Assembly (NCBI GenBank): GCA_041602815.1
Contig: JBFIFO010000002.1
Location: 1-58,832 of the forward strand
Reading direction: 5' to 3'
DNA: 58,832 nucleotides
From: Alphaproteobacteria bacterium
GTDB lineage: Bacteria > Pseudomonadota > Alphaproteobacteria > UBA8366 > JADFVY01
The position numbers and the translations under genes are program-made. Of this stretch, positions 9,906 to 19,924 are shown one piece after another. Below the pieces are notes generated by a model. It did not search any database and was not told the origin of the DNA. It saw only the letters and a list, made by a program, of their open reading frames with translations. Within the stretch, counting starts at the first letter, position 1. Every line of letters starts with the position of its first letter.

Positions 9906-10094
9906 CGCCGGAAATTAGCCTTTTTGACCGGATCACTGCTGAATCGCAATATTTTGAAAGAATCTTCTGGACAGTTGTCTTCGCTGTTATTAAATCAATT
10001 TGTAATGTATGGGGTCCCAGTGAGCGATTGACATGTAATCGTTCGGGAATGAAGCCAATTTGAACTTTTAAGCCGTGAAGGATTTATAGAGGCG

Positions 10095-10529
10095 ATGGCT
10101 GAACGAACAGACAACGCGCCGAGCTCGGAAGAACTTCTGTCGCTTACGTCGGAAATCGTAGCGGCGCATGTTTCAAACAATACTGTCGCTGTTAGCGACC
10201 TGCCCGGCCTGATCGAGCAGGTTTACAAGACGCTCTCCTCGGTGGGCGGCGGCAGCGAACCGGCGGCGGACCGGCCAACGCCGGCGGTTCCGGTCAAGAA
10301 GTCGGTGACGCCCGATTTCATCGTCTGTCTGGAGGATGGCAAGAAGCTGAAGATGCTCAAGCGGCATTTGAAGACCGCATACGACATGACGCCCGACGAA
10401 TACCGGGAGCGTTGGGGATTGCCCTCGGATTATCCCATGGTGGCCCCCAACTATGCCAAGCAGCGTAGCAAGCTGGCCAAGGCGATCGGCCTCGGCACGC
10501 AGCAGCGCAAGCGCGGCAAGAAGAAGTGA
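10095..10529 (+). CDS. mucR: Ros/MucR family zinc-finger transcriptional regulator
   Basis: [49 protein letters not shown] is the Ros/MucR signature. It is preceded by an AT-rich 189-nt leader. Confidence 0.9.
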   Translation: MAERTDNAPSSEELLSLTSEIVAAHVSNNTVAVSDLPGLIEQVYKTLSSVGGGSEPAADRPTPAVPVKKSVTPDFIVCLEDGKKLKMLKRHLKTAYDMTPDEYRERWGLPSDYPMVAPNYAKQRSKLAKAIGLGTQQRKRGKKK

Positions 10530-10612
10530 TGCAGGTGACGCCAGGCGCTTGCACACGCGCCACCTGACGGTATTGTGGCGGGCCTGGCACACGGAACTGT
10601 GCGGAGTGAGAG

Positions 10613-11056
10613 TTGAGCGCGCTGTCGCGCATCGAGCGCCTTTGCCGGAAGAAGGGCCTGAAAATGACCGGCCAGCGCCGCGTCATCGCTCGCGTGCTGT
10701 CGGAATCGGATGACCATCCCGACGTCGAGGCCGTTCATCGGCGCGCGACGCGCGTCGATCCCAAGATCAGCATTGCGACCGTGTATCGGACCGTGCGGCT
10801 GTTCGAGGAGGCGAGCATTCTTGAGCGCCACGATTTTGGCGACGGACGCGCCCGGTATGAGGAGGCGGCCGAAGATCATCACGACCACCTGATCGATATC
10901 GAGTCGGGCGAAGTGATCGAATTCCACAACGAGGAGATCGAAAAACTCCAGGAGGAGGTGGCGCGCAAGCTCGGCTTCCGCCTGGTAGATCACCGCCTGG
11001 AGCTGTTTGGCATGCGCCTCGAAAAGGGTGAAATCGGCACGGATCAGGAGGATTGA
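10613..11056 (+). CDS. fur: Fur family transcriptional regulator (alphaproteobacterial Fur/Mur type)
   Basis: LTGQRRVIARVL ... ISIATVYRTVRLFEEASIL wHTH and an HHDHLIDIESGEVIEF metal site. TTG start keeps the conserved helix 1 (IERLCRKKGLKMT). Confidence 0.85.
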   Translation: MSALSRIERLCRKKGLKMTGQRRVIARVLSESDDHPDVEAVHRRATRVDPKISIATVYRTVRLFEEASILERHDFGDGRARYEEAAEDHHDHLIDIESGEVIEFHNEEIEKLQEEVARKLGFRLVDHRLELFGMRLEKGEIGTDQED

Positions 11057-11303
11057 CCGGCGCCGCACCCGCGCGACACCGCTTGATTGGCGATGGCGCG
11101 CGGTGTTAGCCTTCCTTAACCAGATGTTCACGCTGCCGTATTGTAATATGCGGTTGCAATTATCATTTTTGGCCTTATTGAAATGGCCGGGCGACGTCCC
11201 GGCGCGTCAGCGAGACGAAGGACCGATACGATTTGACTGAACGGGTTCGACCCTGGGGATGACAGCGCGTTCCGCCGGATTCGTGCCGAGGATAGGTTAG
11301 GCC

Positions 11304-12667
11304 TTGGCGAAACGGCTCTTCATCAAGACATACGGCTGCCAAATGAACGTGTATGACTCCGCTCGTATGGCGGATGTCCTGCAGCCGCTCGGCTATGTTC
11401 CGACGGAGTCGCCGCAGGACGCCGACATGGTGATCCTGAACACCTGCCACATTCGTGAGAAGGCGGCAGAGAAAGTATATTCAGAGCTGGGTCGGCTGCG
11501 GCCCCTTAAACAGGACAGACAGAGGCGCGGCGACGACCGCATGATGATCGCGGTGGCGGGATGCGTTGCCCAAGCCGAGGGCGAGGAAATCCTGGCGCGG
11601 GCGCCGCATGTCGACATGGTCTTCGGCCCGCAGACCTATCACCGCCTGCCGGAGATGGTGGCGCGCGCCACCCGTGCCAGCGGAGCCGTCCTCGACGTCG
11701 AGTTTCCGCTCGAGGCAAAGTTCGACCACCTGCCGGACACGGCGACGCCGAAAGGACCATCCGCATTCCTCTCTATTCAGGAGGGGTGCGACAGGTTCTG
11801 CACGTTCTGCGTCGTGCCCTATACGCGAGGTGCCGAATACTCGCGCGACGCCGCGGCGATTGCCGCGGAGGCGCGGCGGCTCGTCGCTGCGGGGGCGCGC
11901 GAGATCACGCTGCTCGGCCAGAACGTGAACGCCTGGCACGGCCGCGGTATCGACGGAAGCGACTGGCGGCTCGGCCGGCTGATCGGATACCTCGCGGAGA
12001 TCGAGGGCCTGCGACGCATCCGCTATACGACGAGTCATCCGCGCGACATCGACGCGGACCTGATCGCGGCGCATGGCGCGGTCGACAGGTTGATGCCGTA
12101 TCTCCACCTGCCGGTGCAGTCCGGTAGCGATCGGATTCTCGCGGCGATGAACCGGCAGCACAGTGTCGCCGACTACTGCCGTACCGTCGATCGGCTGCGC
12201 GCGGTCAGGCCGGACATTGCCCTGAGCTCCGACTTCATCGTCGGCTTTCCCGGCGAGACCGACGCCGACTTCGCGGCGACCCTGCGTCTGGTATCGGAGG
12301 TCGGCTTTGCCGGGGCCTATTCCTTCAAGTTCAGCGCCCGCCCCGGGACGCCGGCCGCGCTTATGGACGATATCGTGCCCGAACCGGTCAAGGACGAGCG
12401 CCTGCAGACACTCCAGCAGCTGTTGTCCGCGCAGGAAGCTGCATTCCACCGGTCCAAGGAGGGGCAAACGCTGCCGGTGCTGTTCGAGAAGCCTGGCCGC
12501 AAACCCGGGCAGATCGTCGGCCGGTCGCCTTGGATGCAGGCGGTTGTTGTCTCGGCGTCCGATCGGCTGGTCGGCGAAATTGTCGAGTGTCGGATTGTCC
12601 GGATTGGCACGCACAGCCTGCACGGCGAAGTGGCGGCGGCCGACCACGAGTCTCCATTGCGAGAGGT

Positions 12668-12677
<10 letters not shown>
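11304..12677 (+). CDS. miaB: tRNA-2-methylthio-N6-dimethylallyladenosine synthase
   Basis: [15 protein letters not shown]-terminal domain, radical-SAM [11 protein letters not shown], and a TRAM C-terminus. Confidence 0.92.
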
Positions 12678-13671
<994 letters not shown>

Positions 13672-13675
<4 letters not shown>

Positions 13676-14175
13676 CGAGCGGGCTGACAATCGACATATC
13701 CACTATCTGCGAGCAATGGAAGTCGGTGCTGCCTGGGGTGGAAGCCGTGATTCGACGGGCAGCGAACTCGACCTGGAAATCCGAGACTGCAGACGTCGCC
13801 GCCGACGCTGCGGAAGTCAGCGTGGCCTTGGCCGATGACGCGATGATGTGCAAGCTCAACCGGCAATACCGTGGCAAGGACAGCCCGACGAACGTCCTCG
13901 CGTTTCCGGCGGGGGATGGCGGCGCGGCTGGCAGGCCCCGTCTTCTGGGCGATATCGTCCTCGGGCTCGAAACGGTCCGGCGCGAATCCGCGGAGCGGGC
14001 GAAACCGCTGTCCGATCACGTCAGCCACCTGGTGGTGCACGGCATGCTGCACTTGTTGGGACAAGACCACGATACCGACCAGCAGGCGGCGGTGATGGAG
14101 GCGCGCGAGACCGCCATCCTCGCCGGGCTTGGCGTGACCGATCCATACGCTGTTGTCGAGGACGCCGCCGATTGA
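13672..14175 (+). CDS. ybeY: rRNA maturation endoribonuclease YbeY
   Basis: Zinc motif HLVVHGMLHLLGQDH. TTG start overlaps the phoH stop (TTGA). Confidence 0.9.
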
Positions 14176-14187
14176 GCGTGAACGGGA

Positions 14188-15129
14188 ATGTCGGAAGAAT
14201 CTCCAGCGAACAAAAGCACGACGGCCGACGGGGAGTCGTCAAGTGAGGAGGCCGGAAGGCCGACCGGAATCGTTGCCTGGCTCAAGGGGTTGCGCGGTAG
14301 CCGTAACGGCGATACGTCGCTGCGTGACCAGGTCGAGGCGCTGATCGACGAGCGCGAGGAACGCGCCGAACCCATCGATCCGGAAGAGCACGCGCTAATT
14401 GCCAATGTGCTGAAGCTCGGCACGGTCACGATCTACGACGTGATGGTACCACGCGCCGACATCGACGCGGTCGAGGCCAGCACGCCGCTCGACGAGGTGC
14501 TCGAGGTGATGACCCGGCAGGGGCACTCCCGTGTCCCGGTTTACCAGGGCACGCTCGACGATGCGATCGGCATGATCCACATCCGCGACGTACTCGCTGC
14601 GATCAGCAAAGCCAACGGGCGCGGCCGACGACCGGGGCTGCGGCGCCTGGTCCGCGACCTGCTGTTCGTCGCGCCCAGCATGCGTGTGCTCGACCTGCTG
14701 CTGCAAATGCGCAAGAGCCGGATCCACATGGCGCTCGTTGTCGATGAGTATGGCGGCATCGACGGGCTGGTCACCATCGAGGACCTGGTCGAGGAAATCG
14801 TCGGCGAAATCGAGGAAGAGCACGAGGCGGCGAACGGACCGCGCATGGAAGAGCGGCCGGACGGGTCGATCGTGGTTGACGCTCGTCTGCCCATCGAGGA
14901 CTTCGAGGTCAAGGCCGGACCGTTGGTCACGGGGTCCGAGGAAGAAGGCGAAATCGATACGGTGGGCGGCTTCGTCTCGGTACTGGCCGGCCGCGTGCCG
15001 ATGCGTGGCGAACTCGTCGTGCATGATGCGTCCGGCCTGGAATTCGAGGTGATGGATGCCGACCCGCGCCGCGTCAAGCGGCTGCGGGTCCGCAACATGC
15101 CGGCCCACCCGGCGCCCCATGGCGACTGA
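14188..15129 (+). CDS. HlyC/CorC family transporter-associated protein (CBS pair + CorC_HlyC domain)
   Basis: A CBS pair (VMVPRADIDAV ... RVPVY ... MALVVDEYGGIDGLVTIEDLVEEIVGEI) followed by a C-terminal CorC_HlyC domain. Confidence 0.88.
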   Translation: MSEESPANKSTTADGESSSEEAGRPTGIVAWLKGLRGSRNGDTSLRDQVEALIDEREERAEPIDPEEHALIANVLKLGTVTIYDVMVPRADIDAVEASTPLDEVLEVMTRQGHSRVPVYQGTLDDAIGMIHIRDVLAAISKANGRGRRPGLRRLVRDLLFVAPSMRVLDLLLQMRKSRIHMALVVDEYGGIDGLVTIEDLVEEIVGEIEEEHEAANGPRMEERPDGSIVVDARLPIEDFEVKAGPLVTGSEEEGEIDTVGGFVSVLAGRVPMRGELVVHDASGLEFEVMDADPRRVKRLRVRNMPAHPAPHGD

Positions 15130-16690
15130 CGCCGCGGACGCCTCGCGCTGGACTCCCGTCGATGCGGTCGCCGCCTGGTTTGCAGGCGTCCGGGGCTGGC
15201 GCCGGCATGTTGCGGCGGCATGCCTCGGCGCGGCGGCCACCCTGGCATTGCCGCCGGTCTACCTGTTCCCCTTGCTGCACGTTGCCTTCGCGGGCCTGGT
15301 CTGGATGCTCCCGGCCGGCCTTCGGCGGCGCACCGCCTTCTTTACCGGGTGGTGGTTCGGCATGGGCTATTTCGTGGCCAGCCTCTACTGGATCGGGTTT
15401 GCGCCAATCACCTTTTCCGCTGATCTGATCTGGGTCCTGCCACTCGCCGTCATCGGCCTGCCGATCATCCTGGCGATTTACCACGGGGCCGCGACGCTGC
15501 TCGCCAGCATGTGGGGGGCGGGCAACCTTCGCCGGGGCCTGATGCTGGCCCTGGCCTGGGGTGCGACGGAGTGGCTCCGCGGTGAAATGTTCACCGGATT
15601 CCCGTGGAACATGGCCGGATACGGCTGGTTGGCCTTTGATGGTATGGCGCAGGCGGCGGCGCTGTTCGGCATGTACGGTGTGACCCTCCTGGCGGTGACG
15701 GGGGCAGCGCTGACTGCCGGGATCGCGGGCGGGCCGACGTGGCGGCGCTTTCTGTCCCTGGGCTTGGCGGTCGCCATTCCCGCAGCGGCATGGGTAGGTG
15801 GGGCCGTGCGAGTCGCCGGAGCCCCCACGCCGGAAGACAATTTCGTGCCCGGCGTCGGCCTGCGATTGGTGCAGGCGAATATCCCGCAACGCGAGAAATG
15901 GGACCGTCGGCTGATTCGCCGGAATCTGGATCTGCAGATGATGTTGAGCATCGTCGATCGGCCCGACTGGATCACCCATGTCATCTGGCCCGAGACAGCG
16001 GCAACGGTTGATCTGACCAGTAGTACCGTGGCGCGGAAATCGGTCGCCAGCATCGTGCCGAAAGACGGACTCCTGCTGACCGGAACGCTGCGCCGCGAGC
16101 CGGCGCCGAGCCGAGTATGGAATTCGATGGTTGCAGTCGATGGTTCGGGAAATATCACCGGGGTTTTCGACAAGTTTCACCTTGTCCCGTTCGGCGAATA
16201 CATGCCGTTGCGCGGCGTTCTGCCGTTCGACAAGGTCACGCCGGGAGCGCTGGATTTCTCGCCCGGCCCGGGGCCGCAAACTCTTGATTTGAAAGGGTTA
16301 CCACCCGTCAGCCCGCTGATCTGCTATGAGGCGATCTTCCCCGGGGAAACGGTCGACCCGGGCGACCGTCCGGAATGGCTGCTGAATCTGACGAACGACG
16401 CCTGGTACGGCGACACGGCAGGGCCGCATCAGCATCTGGCAATCACCCGGGCGCGTGCCATCGAGGAAGGCATCCCGCTGGTTCGCTCAGCCAATACCGG
16501 CATCTCCGCTGTATTCGATAGTTACGGGCGGGAAATTGCCCGCGTCGGTCTCAGCGAGCAGGGCGTACTGGACGTACGGCTGCCCCAGGCGACAACAAAT
16601 TCTACGCTTTACGCGAGGTTTGGGGATTACGCACATTTATTTCTAATGACAATTGTATTTCTATCATTATTACGCGCGCCAAACAATTAA
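15119..16690 (+). CDS. lnt: apolipoprotein N-acyltransferase
   Basis: Multi-TM N-terminus and a C-N hydrolase domain with VIWPETA (Glu) and PLICYEAIFP (Cys). ATG 15119 lies within ORF 15056..16690. Confidence 0.88.
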   Translation: MATDAADASRWTPVDAVAAWFAGVRGWRRHVAAACLGAAATLALPPVYLFPLLHVAFAGLVWMLPAGLRRRTAFFTGWWFGMGYFVASLYWIGFAPITFSADLIWVLPLAVIGLPIILAIYHGAATLLASMWGAGNLRRGLMLALAWGATEWLRGEMFTGFPWNMAGYGWLAFDGMAQAAALFGMYGVTLLAVTGAALTAGIAGGPTWRRFLSLGLAVAIPAAAWVGGAVRVAGAPTPEDNFVPGVGLRLVQANIPQREKWDRRLIRRNLDLQMMLSIVDRPDWITHVIWPETAATVDLTSSTVARKSVASIVPKDGLLLTGTLRREPAPSRVWNSMVAVDGSGNITGVFDKFHLVPFGEYMPLRGVLPFDKVTPGALDFSPGPGPQTLDLKGLPPVSPLICYEAIFPGETVDPGDRPEWLLNLTNDAWYGDTAGPHQHLAITRARAIEEGIPLVRSANTGISAVFDSYGREIARVGLSEQGVLDVRLPQATTNSTLYARFGDYAHLFLMTIVFLSLLRAPNN

Positions 16691-16817
16691 TGGCACTATA
16701 AAAAGCATTTTCCAAACAACCTCTGTCCTTGACTGAATACGTTTGTATGCTTTAAGAATGCCGTACATTCAAACATAACGCACATTAACTGAAAGCAGCA
16801 CAACCGGACTGCAGGTC

Positions 16818-17264
16818 ATGCCAGAACACAAACAACCAGTAAGTCGGACAGGAAAGCCCAACCCGGTCGACATACATGTCGGCAGCCGGGTGCGGCTTCG
16901 CCGTACGCTCCTCGGTCTCAGCCAAGAAAAGCTCGGTGAAGCGGTCGGCCTGACGTTCCAGCAGATTCAGAAGTATGAGAGAGGTGCGAACCGTATCGGC
17001 GCAAGCCGGTTGTACCATCTGTCGCGCGTGCTGGATGTGCCGGTTTCGTTTTTCTTCGAGGACATGCCGCCGGAAATCTCCGGCAAGGGCGGAAAGCCGG
17101 CGGCCGGGCTGGCGGAGAGGATCCAGGAGGAGTTTTCGGCGGATCCGTTGGCCAAGCGAGAGACACTCGAACTGGTGCGAGCCTACTACCGGATCAAAGA
17201 GCCAACGGTCCGCAAGCGTCTGTTCGATCTTGCCAAGAGTCTCGCGGCCGCCAGCAACGCATGA
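16818..17264 (+). CDS. XRE family helix-turn-helix transcriptional regulator
   Basis: LSQEKLGEAVGLTFQQIQKYERGANRIGASRLYHLSRVLDVPVSFFF. AT-rich upstream region. Confidence 0.8.
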   Translation: MPEHKQPVSRTGKPNPVDIHVGSRVRLRRTLLGLSQEKLGEAVGLTFQQIQKYERGANRIGASRLYHLSRVLDVPVSFFFEDMPPEISGKGGKPAAGLAERIQEEFSADPLAKRETLELVRAYYRIKEPTVRKRLFDLAKSLAAASNA

Positions 17265-17383
17265 GGCGAAAGCGTCGAGGCCTGCGCCCGGCCTTGGGCC
17301 GGGGCAGGCAATGTGCTTGACGTCCCCGAAATAGCGCGTCATTAGTCGTCCCCGCCCGGTGCGGGCGCGCACGCGTAATTTGG

Positions 17384-18583
17384 TTGTCCGGCATGCGTCC
17401 GGAAGGGGGACCAGTGACCAGAAAGAATTATGTTTTTACCAGCGAATCCGTTTCCGAAGGTCACCCGGACAAGGTCTGCGACCGTATTTCAGACGCCATA
17501 GTCGACACCTATCTGGCCGCCGATCCCGAGGCGCGCGTCGCCGTTGAAACGCTGTCGACGACAAACCGAATCATCCTGGCCGGCGAGGTCAGGGGCCCCC
17601 GCTCCATAACCCGCGAGCACCTCGAAGACGTTGCCCGTAAGGCCGTCAAGGAGATCGGTTACGAGCAGGAAGGCTTCCACTGGCAGAAGATGGCTGTCGA
17701 ATGCTACGTGCACGAGCAGTCGGGTGATATCGCCCTCGGCGTTGACGCGGCCGGCAACAAGGACGAGGGCGCGGGCGATCAAGGTTTGATGTTCGGCTAT
17801 GCGTGCGAGGAGACGCCGGCGCTGATGCCCGCACCCATTTTCTACAGCCACGCGATCCTGCACAGCTTGGCGGAGGCCCGTCATTCCGGTGCCGCGCCGG
17901 GCCTGGGCCCCGATTCGAAGAGCCAGGTGACCCTGCTGTACGAGGACGGCAAGCCGGTGCGCGCCACCGCCATCGTGGTTTCGACCCAGCATGCCGAGAT
18001 GCTGGAACAGGATGAGGTCCGTGAGATCGTGCGACCTCATGTGGTCAACGTTCTGCCCAAAGGGTGGATGTGTGCTGAGGAGAATTTCTACGTCAATCCG
18101 ACCGGCCGTTTCGTGATCGGCGGCCCTGACGGCGATTGCGGGCTGACGGGCCGCAAGATCATCGTCGACACTTATGGCGGCGCAGCACCGCACGGCGGCG
18201 GCGCCTTCTCGGGCAAGGACCCGACCAAGGTCGATCGTTCGGCGGCCTACGCCGCGAGGTATCTCGCCAAGAACGTCGTCGCCGCCGGCCTCGCGAGCCG
18301 CTGCGCCATCCAGGTCGCCTATGCCATCGGCGTCTCGAAGCCGCTTTCGGTCTATGTCGAGACCTATGGAACCGGCAAGGTCGACGAGGACCAGCTGTCC
18401 GAGGTCTTGCAGCAACATATGGACTTGAGCCCGCGTGGTATCCGCGAGCACCTCCGCTTGAACCGGCCGATCTACGCACGCACGGCGGCGTATGGCCATT
18501 TCGGACGTGAGCCCGAGCCCGACGGCGGGTTTTCTTGGGAGCGTACGGATCTGGTCGAACCGCTGTTAGCGGCGCTGGGCTAG
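17384..18583 (+). CDS. metK: S-adenosylmethionine synthase
   Basis: [16 protein letters not shown] and [16 protein letters not shown] motifs. An alternative GTG start at 17414 follows GGAAGGGGGA. Confidence 0.93.
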   Translation: MSGMRPEGGPVTRKNYVFTSESVSEGHPDKVCDRISDAIVDTYLAADPEARVAVETLSTTNRIILAGEVRGPRSITREHLEDVARKAVKEIGYEQEGFHWQKMAVECYVHEQSGDIALGVDAAGNKDEGAGDQGLMFGYACEETPALMPAPIFYSHAILHSLAEARHSGAAPGLGPDSKSQVTLLYEDGKPVRATAIVVSTQHAEMLEQDEVREIVRPHVVNVLPKGWMCAEENFYVNPTGRFVIGGPDGDCGLTGRKIIVDTYGGAAPHGGGAFSGKDPTKVDRSAAYAARYLAKNVVAAGLASRCAIQVAYAIGVSKPLSVYVETYGTGKVDEDQLSEVLQQHMDLSPRGIREHLRLNRPIYARTAAYGHFGREPEPDGGFSWERTDLVEPLLAALG

Positions 18584-18590
18584 ACACGCC

Positions 18591-19304
18591 ATCGCGGACG
18601 AAGGACGCAAGCGGGTATTCTACGGCCGTCGCCGGGGCCGTGTCCTGCGGCCCGCGCGTCGCAAGCTGTTCGAGGACCTGCTGCCGGAGCTGCGCATCGA
18701 GCTTTCCGAGGGGCGTATCGACCCGGCGGCGATGTTCGATGGCCCGGTCGACGACGTCTGGCTGGAAATCGGCTTCGGCGGGGGCGAGCATCTCGCGGCT
18801 CAGGCGCAGGCGCATCCCACCGTCGGGGTGCTTGGCTGCGAGCCCTTCCTCAACGGGGTCGGCAGGCTGCTCAGCCTGATCGACCGCGACGGTTTCCGCA
18901 ACGTCCGCATTCATCCGGACGATGCACGCGATCTCATCGACGCGTTGCCGGACGCGTCCGTCGGCCGCGTGTTCGTGCTGTTCGCCGACCCTTGGCCCAA
19001 ACGCCGCCACCATCGCCGCCGCTTCATCGGTCCCGGCACCCTGCCCGCACTGGCGCGGATCATGAAGGATGGCGCCGAATTGCGTCTGGCGAGCGACCAG
19101 ATGCCGCTGATCCGCTGGATGTTGTATCACCTGACCGGACACGAAGCGTTCGAATGGCTGGCCCGGGAGCCGGGACATTGGCGCGTTCGCCCGGAGGACT
19201 GGCCGCAGACCCGCTACGAGGCGAAAGCCCTGGCTCGCGGAGAGACGTGCGTTTACCTCACTTTCCGCAGGCGCGATCGCGGGCGGTGCGGATCATCCTT
19301 GTAA
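18591..19304 (+). CDS. trmB: tRNA (guanine-N7)-methyltransferase
   Basis: SAM-MTase body (WLEIGFGGGEHL, DPWPKRRHHRRR). The conserved N-terminus (FYGRRRGRVLRPARRKLFEDLLPEL) lies upstream of the first ATG (18732), so the 5-prime end is provisionally set at ATC 18591. See findings. Confidence 0.8.
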   Translation: MADEGRKRVFYGRRRGRVLRPARRKLFEDLLPELRIELSEGRIDPAAMFDGPVDDVWLEIGFGGGEHLAAQAQAHPTVGVLGCEPFLNGVGRLLSLIDRDGFRNVRIHPDDARDLIDALPDASVGRVFVLFADPWPKRRHHRRRFIGPGTLPALARIMKDGAELRLASDQMPLIRWMLYHLTGHEAFEWLAREPGHWRVRPEDWPQTRYEAKALARGETCVYLTFRRRDRGRCGSSL

Positions 19305-19375
19305 TCGCAGTGGTTTTGCCCTAAATAACAGCGCAACAAATCCCATACGGTTGACAGGTTCGACCGATAGCAAGT

Positions 19376-19402
19376 GGGTGGGCCCGGGGGCCCGCCCTTT
19401 TT
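19376..19402 (+). terminator. Rho-independent terminator-like hairpin after trmB
   Basis: GGGTGGGCC/GGCCCGCCC stem (9 bp including one G-T pair, 4-nt loop) followed by TTTTT. Ends 9 nt before the rimP ORF. Confidence 0.55.
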
Positions 19403-19410
19403 AGTTCCGG

Positions 19411-19917
19411 ATGCGGAAGGCCGGACTGATGATGGAGCAGATGCAGCGGATCGAAAAATTGATCGAGCCGGCGCTTACGGCGATGGGGTTCGCCGTTGTT
19501 CGCGTCCGCCTGTCGGGCGGCACACGGCCGACGCTGCAGATCATGGCTGAGCGCAGCGACGAGACCGGGATGACCGTCGACGACTGCGCAGCGATCAGCC
19601 ATACCGTTTCGGCGATCCTGGACGTGGAGGACCCGATAAGCGGCCCATACATGTTGGAGGTAAGCTCGCCCGGGATCGACAGGCCGCTCGTCCGGCGCCG
19701 CGATTTTCAGCGGTTTGCGGGATTCGAAGCGAAGATCGAGATGCACGGCGCGGTCGGCGGCCGCCGTCGGTTCCGTGGCCGCCTGGCAGGGCTGGACGGA
19801 GATGCCGTGCGCCTTGCGACCGAAGATGGCGACGTCGTCCTGCCGCTTGCTGGTATCCAGCAGGCGAAACTGGTGCTGACGGACGACTTACTGGCCGCAG
19901 CCGAAGCGGCGCGGTGA
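19411..19917 (+). CDS. rimP: ribosome maturation factor RimP
   Basis: IEKLIEPALTAMGFAVVRVRL ... LEVSSPGIDRPL. Conserved position upstream of nusA. The start could be ATG 19429. Confidence 0.87.
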   Translation: MRKAGLMMEQMQRIEKLIEPALTAMGFAVVRVRLSGGTRPTLQIMAERSDETGMTVDDCAAISHTVSAILDVEDPISGPYMLEVSSPGIDRPLVRRRDFQRFAGFEAKIEMHGAVGGRRRFRGRLAGLDGDAVRLATEDGDVVLPLAGIQQAKLVLTDDLLAAAEAAR

Positions 19918-19924
19918 ATCGAGA

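Noticed and set aside
16615-16700. AT-rich 3-prime end of lnt as an insertion scar or gene fusion
   Set aside because: The encoded tail (HLFLMTIVFLSLLRAP) is a hydrophobic helix consistent with the usual C-terminal TM segment of Lnt. There are no repeats or frame disruption.
17265-17413. Possible SAM riboswitch upstream of metK
   Set aside because: I see a GC hairpin (about 17283..17312, probably the XRE-gene terminator) but cannot recognise SAM-II/SAM-V pseudoknot signatures by eye. A covariance-model (Rfam/Infernal) scan is needed before making any call.
19351-19356. TTGACA as the -35 element of a rimP promoter
   Set aside because: There is no acceptable -10 hexamer at 16-18 nt spacing, and the position would place the start site inside the terminator hairpin.
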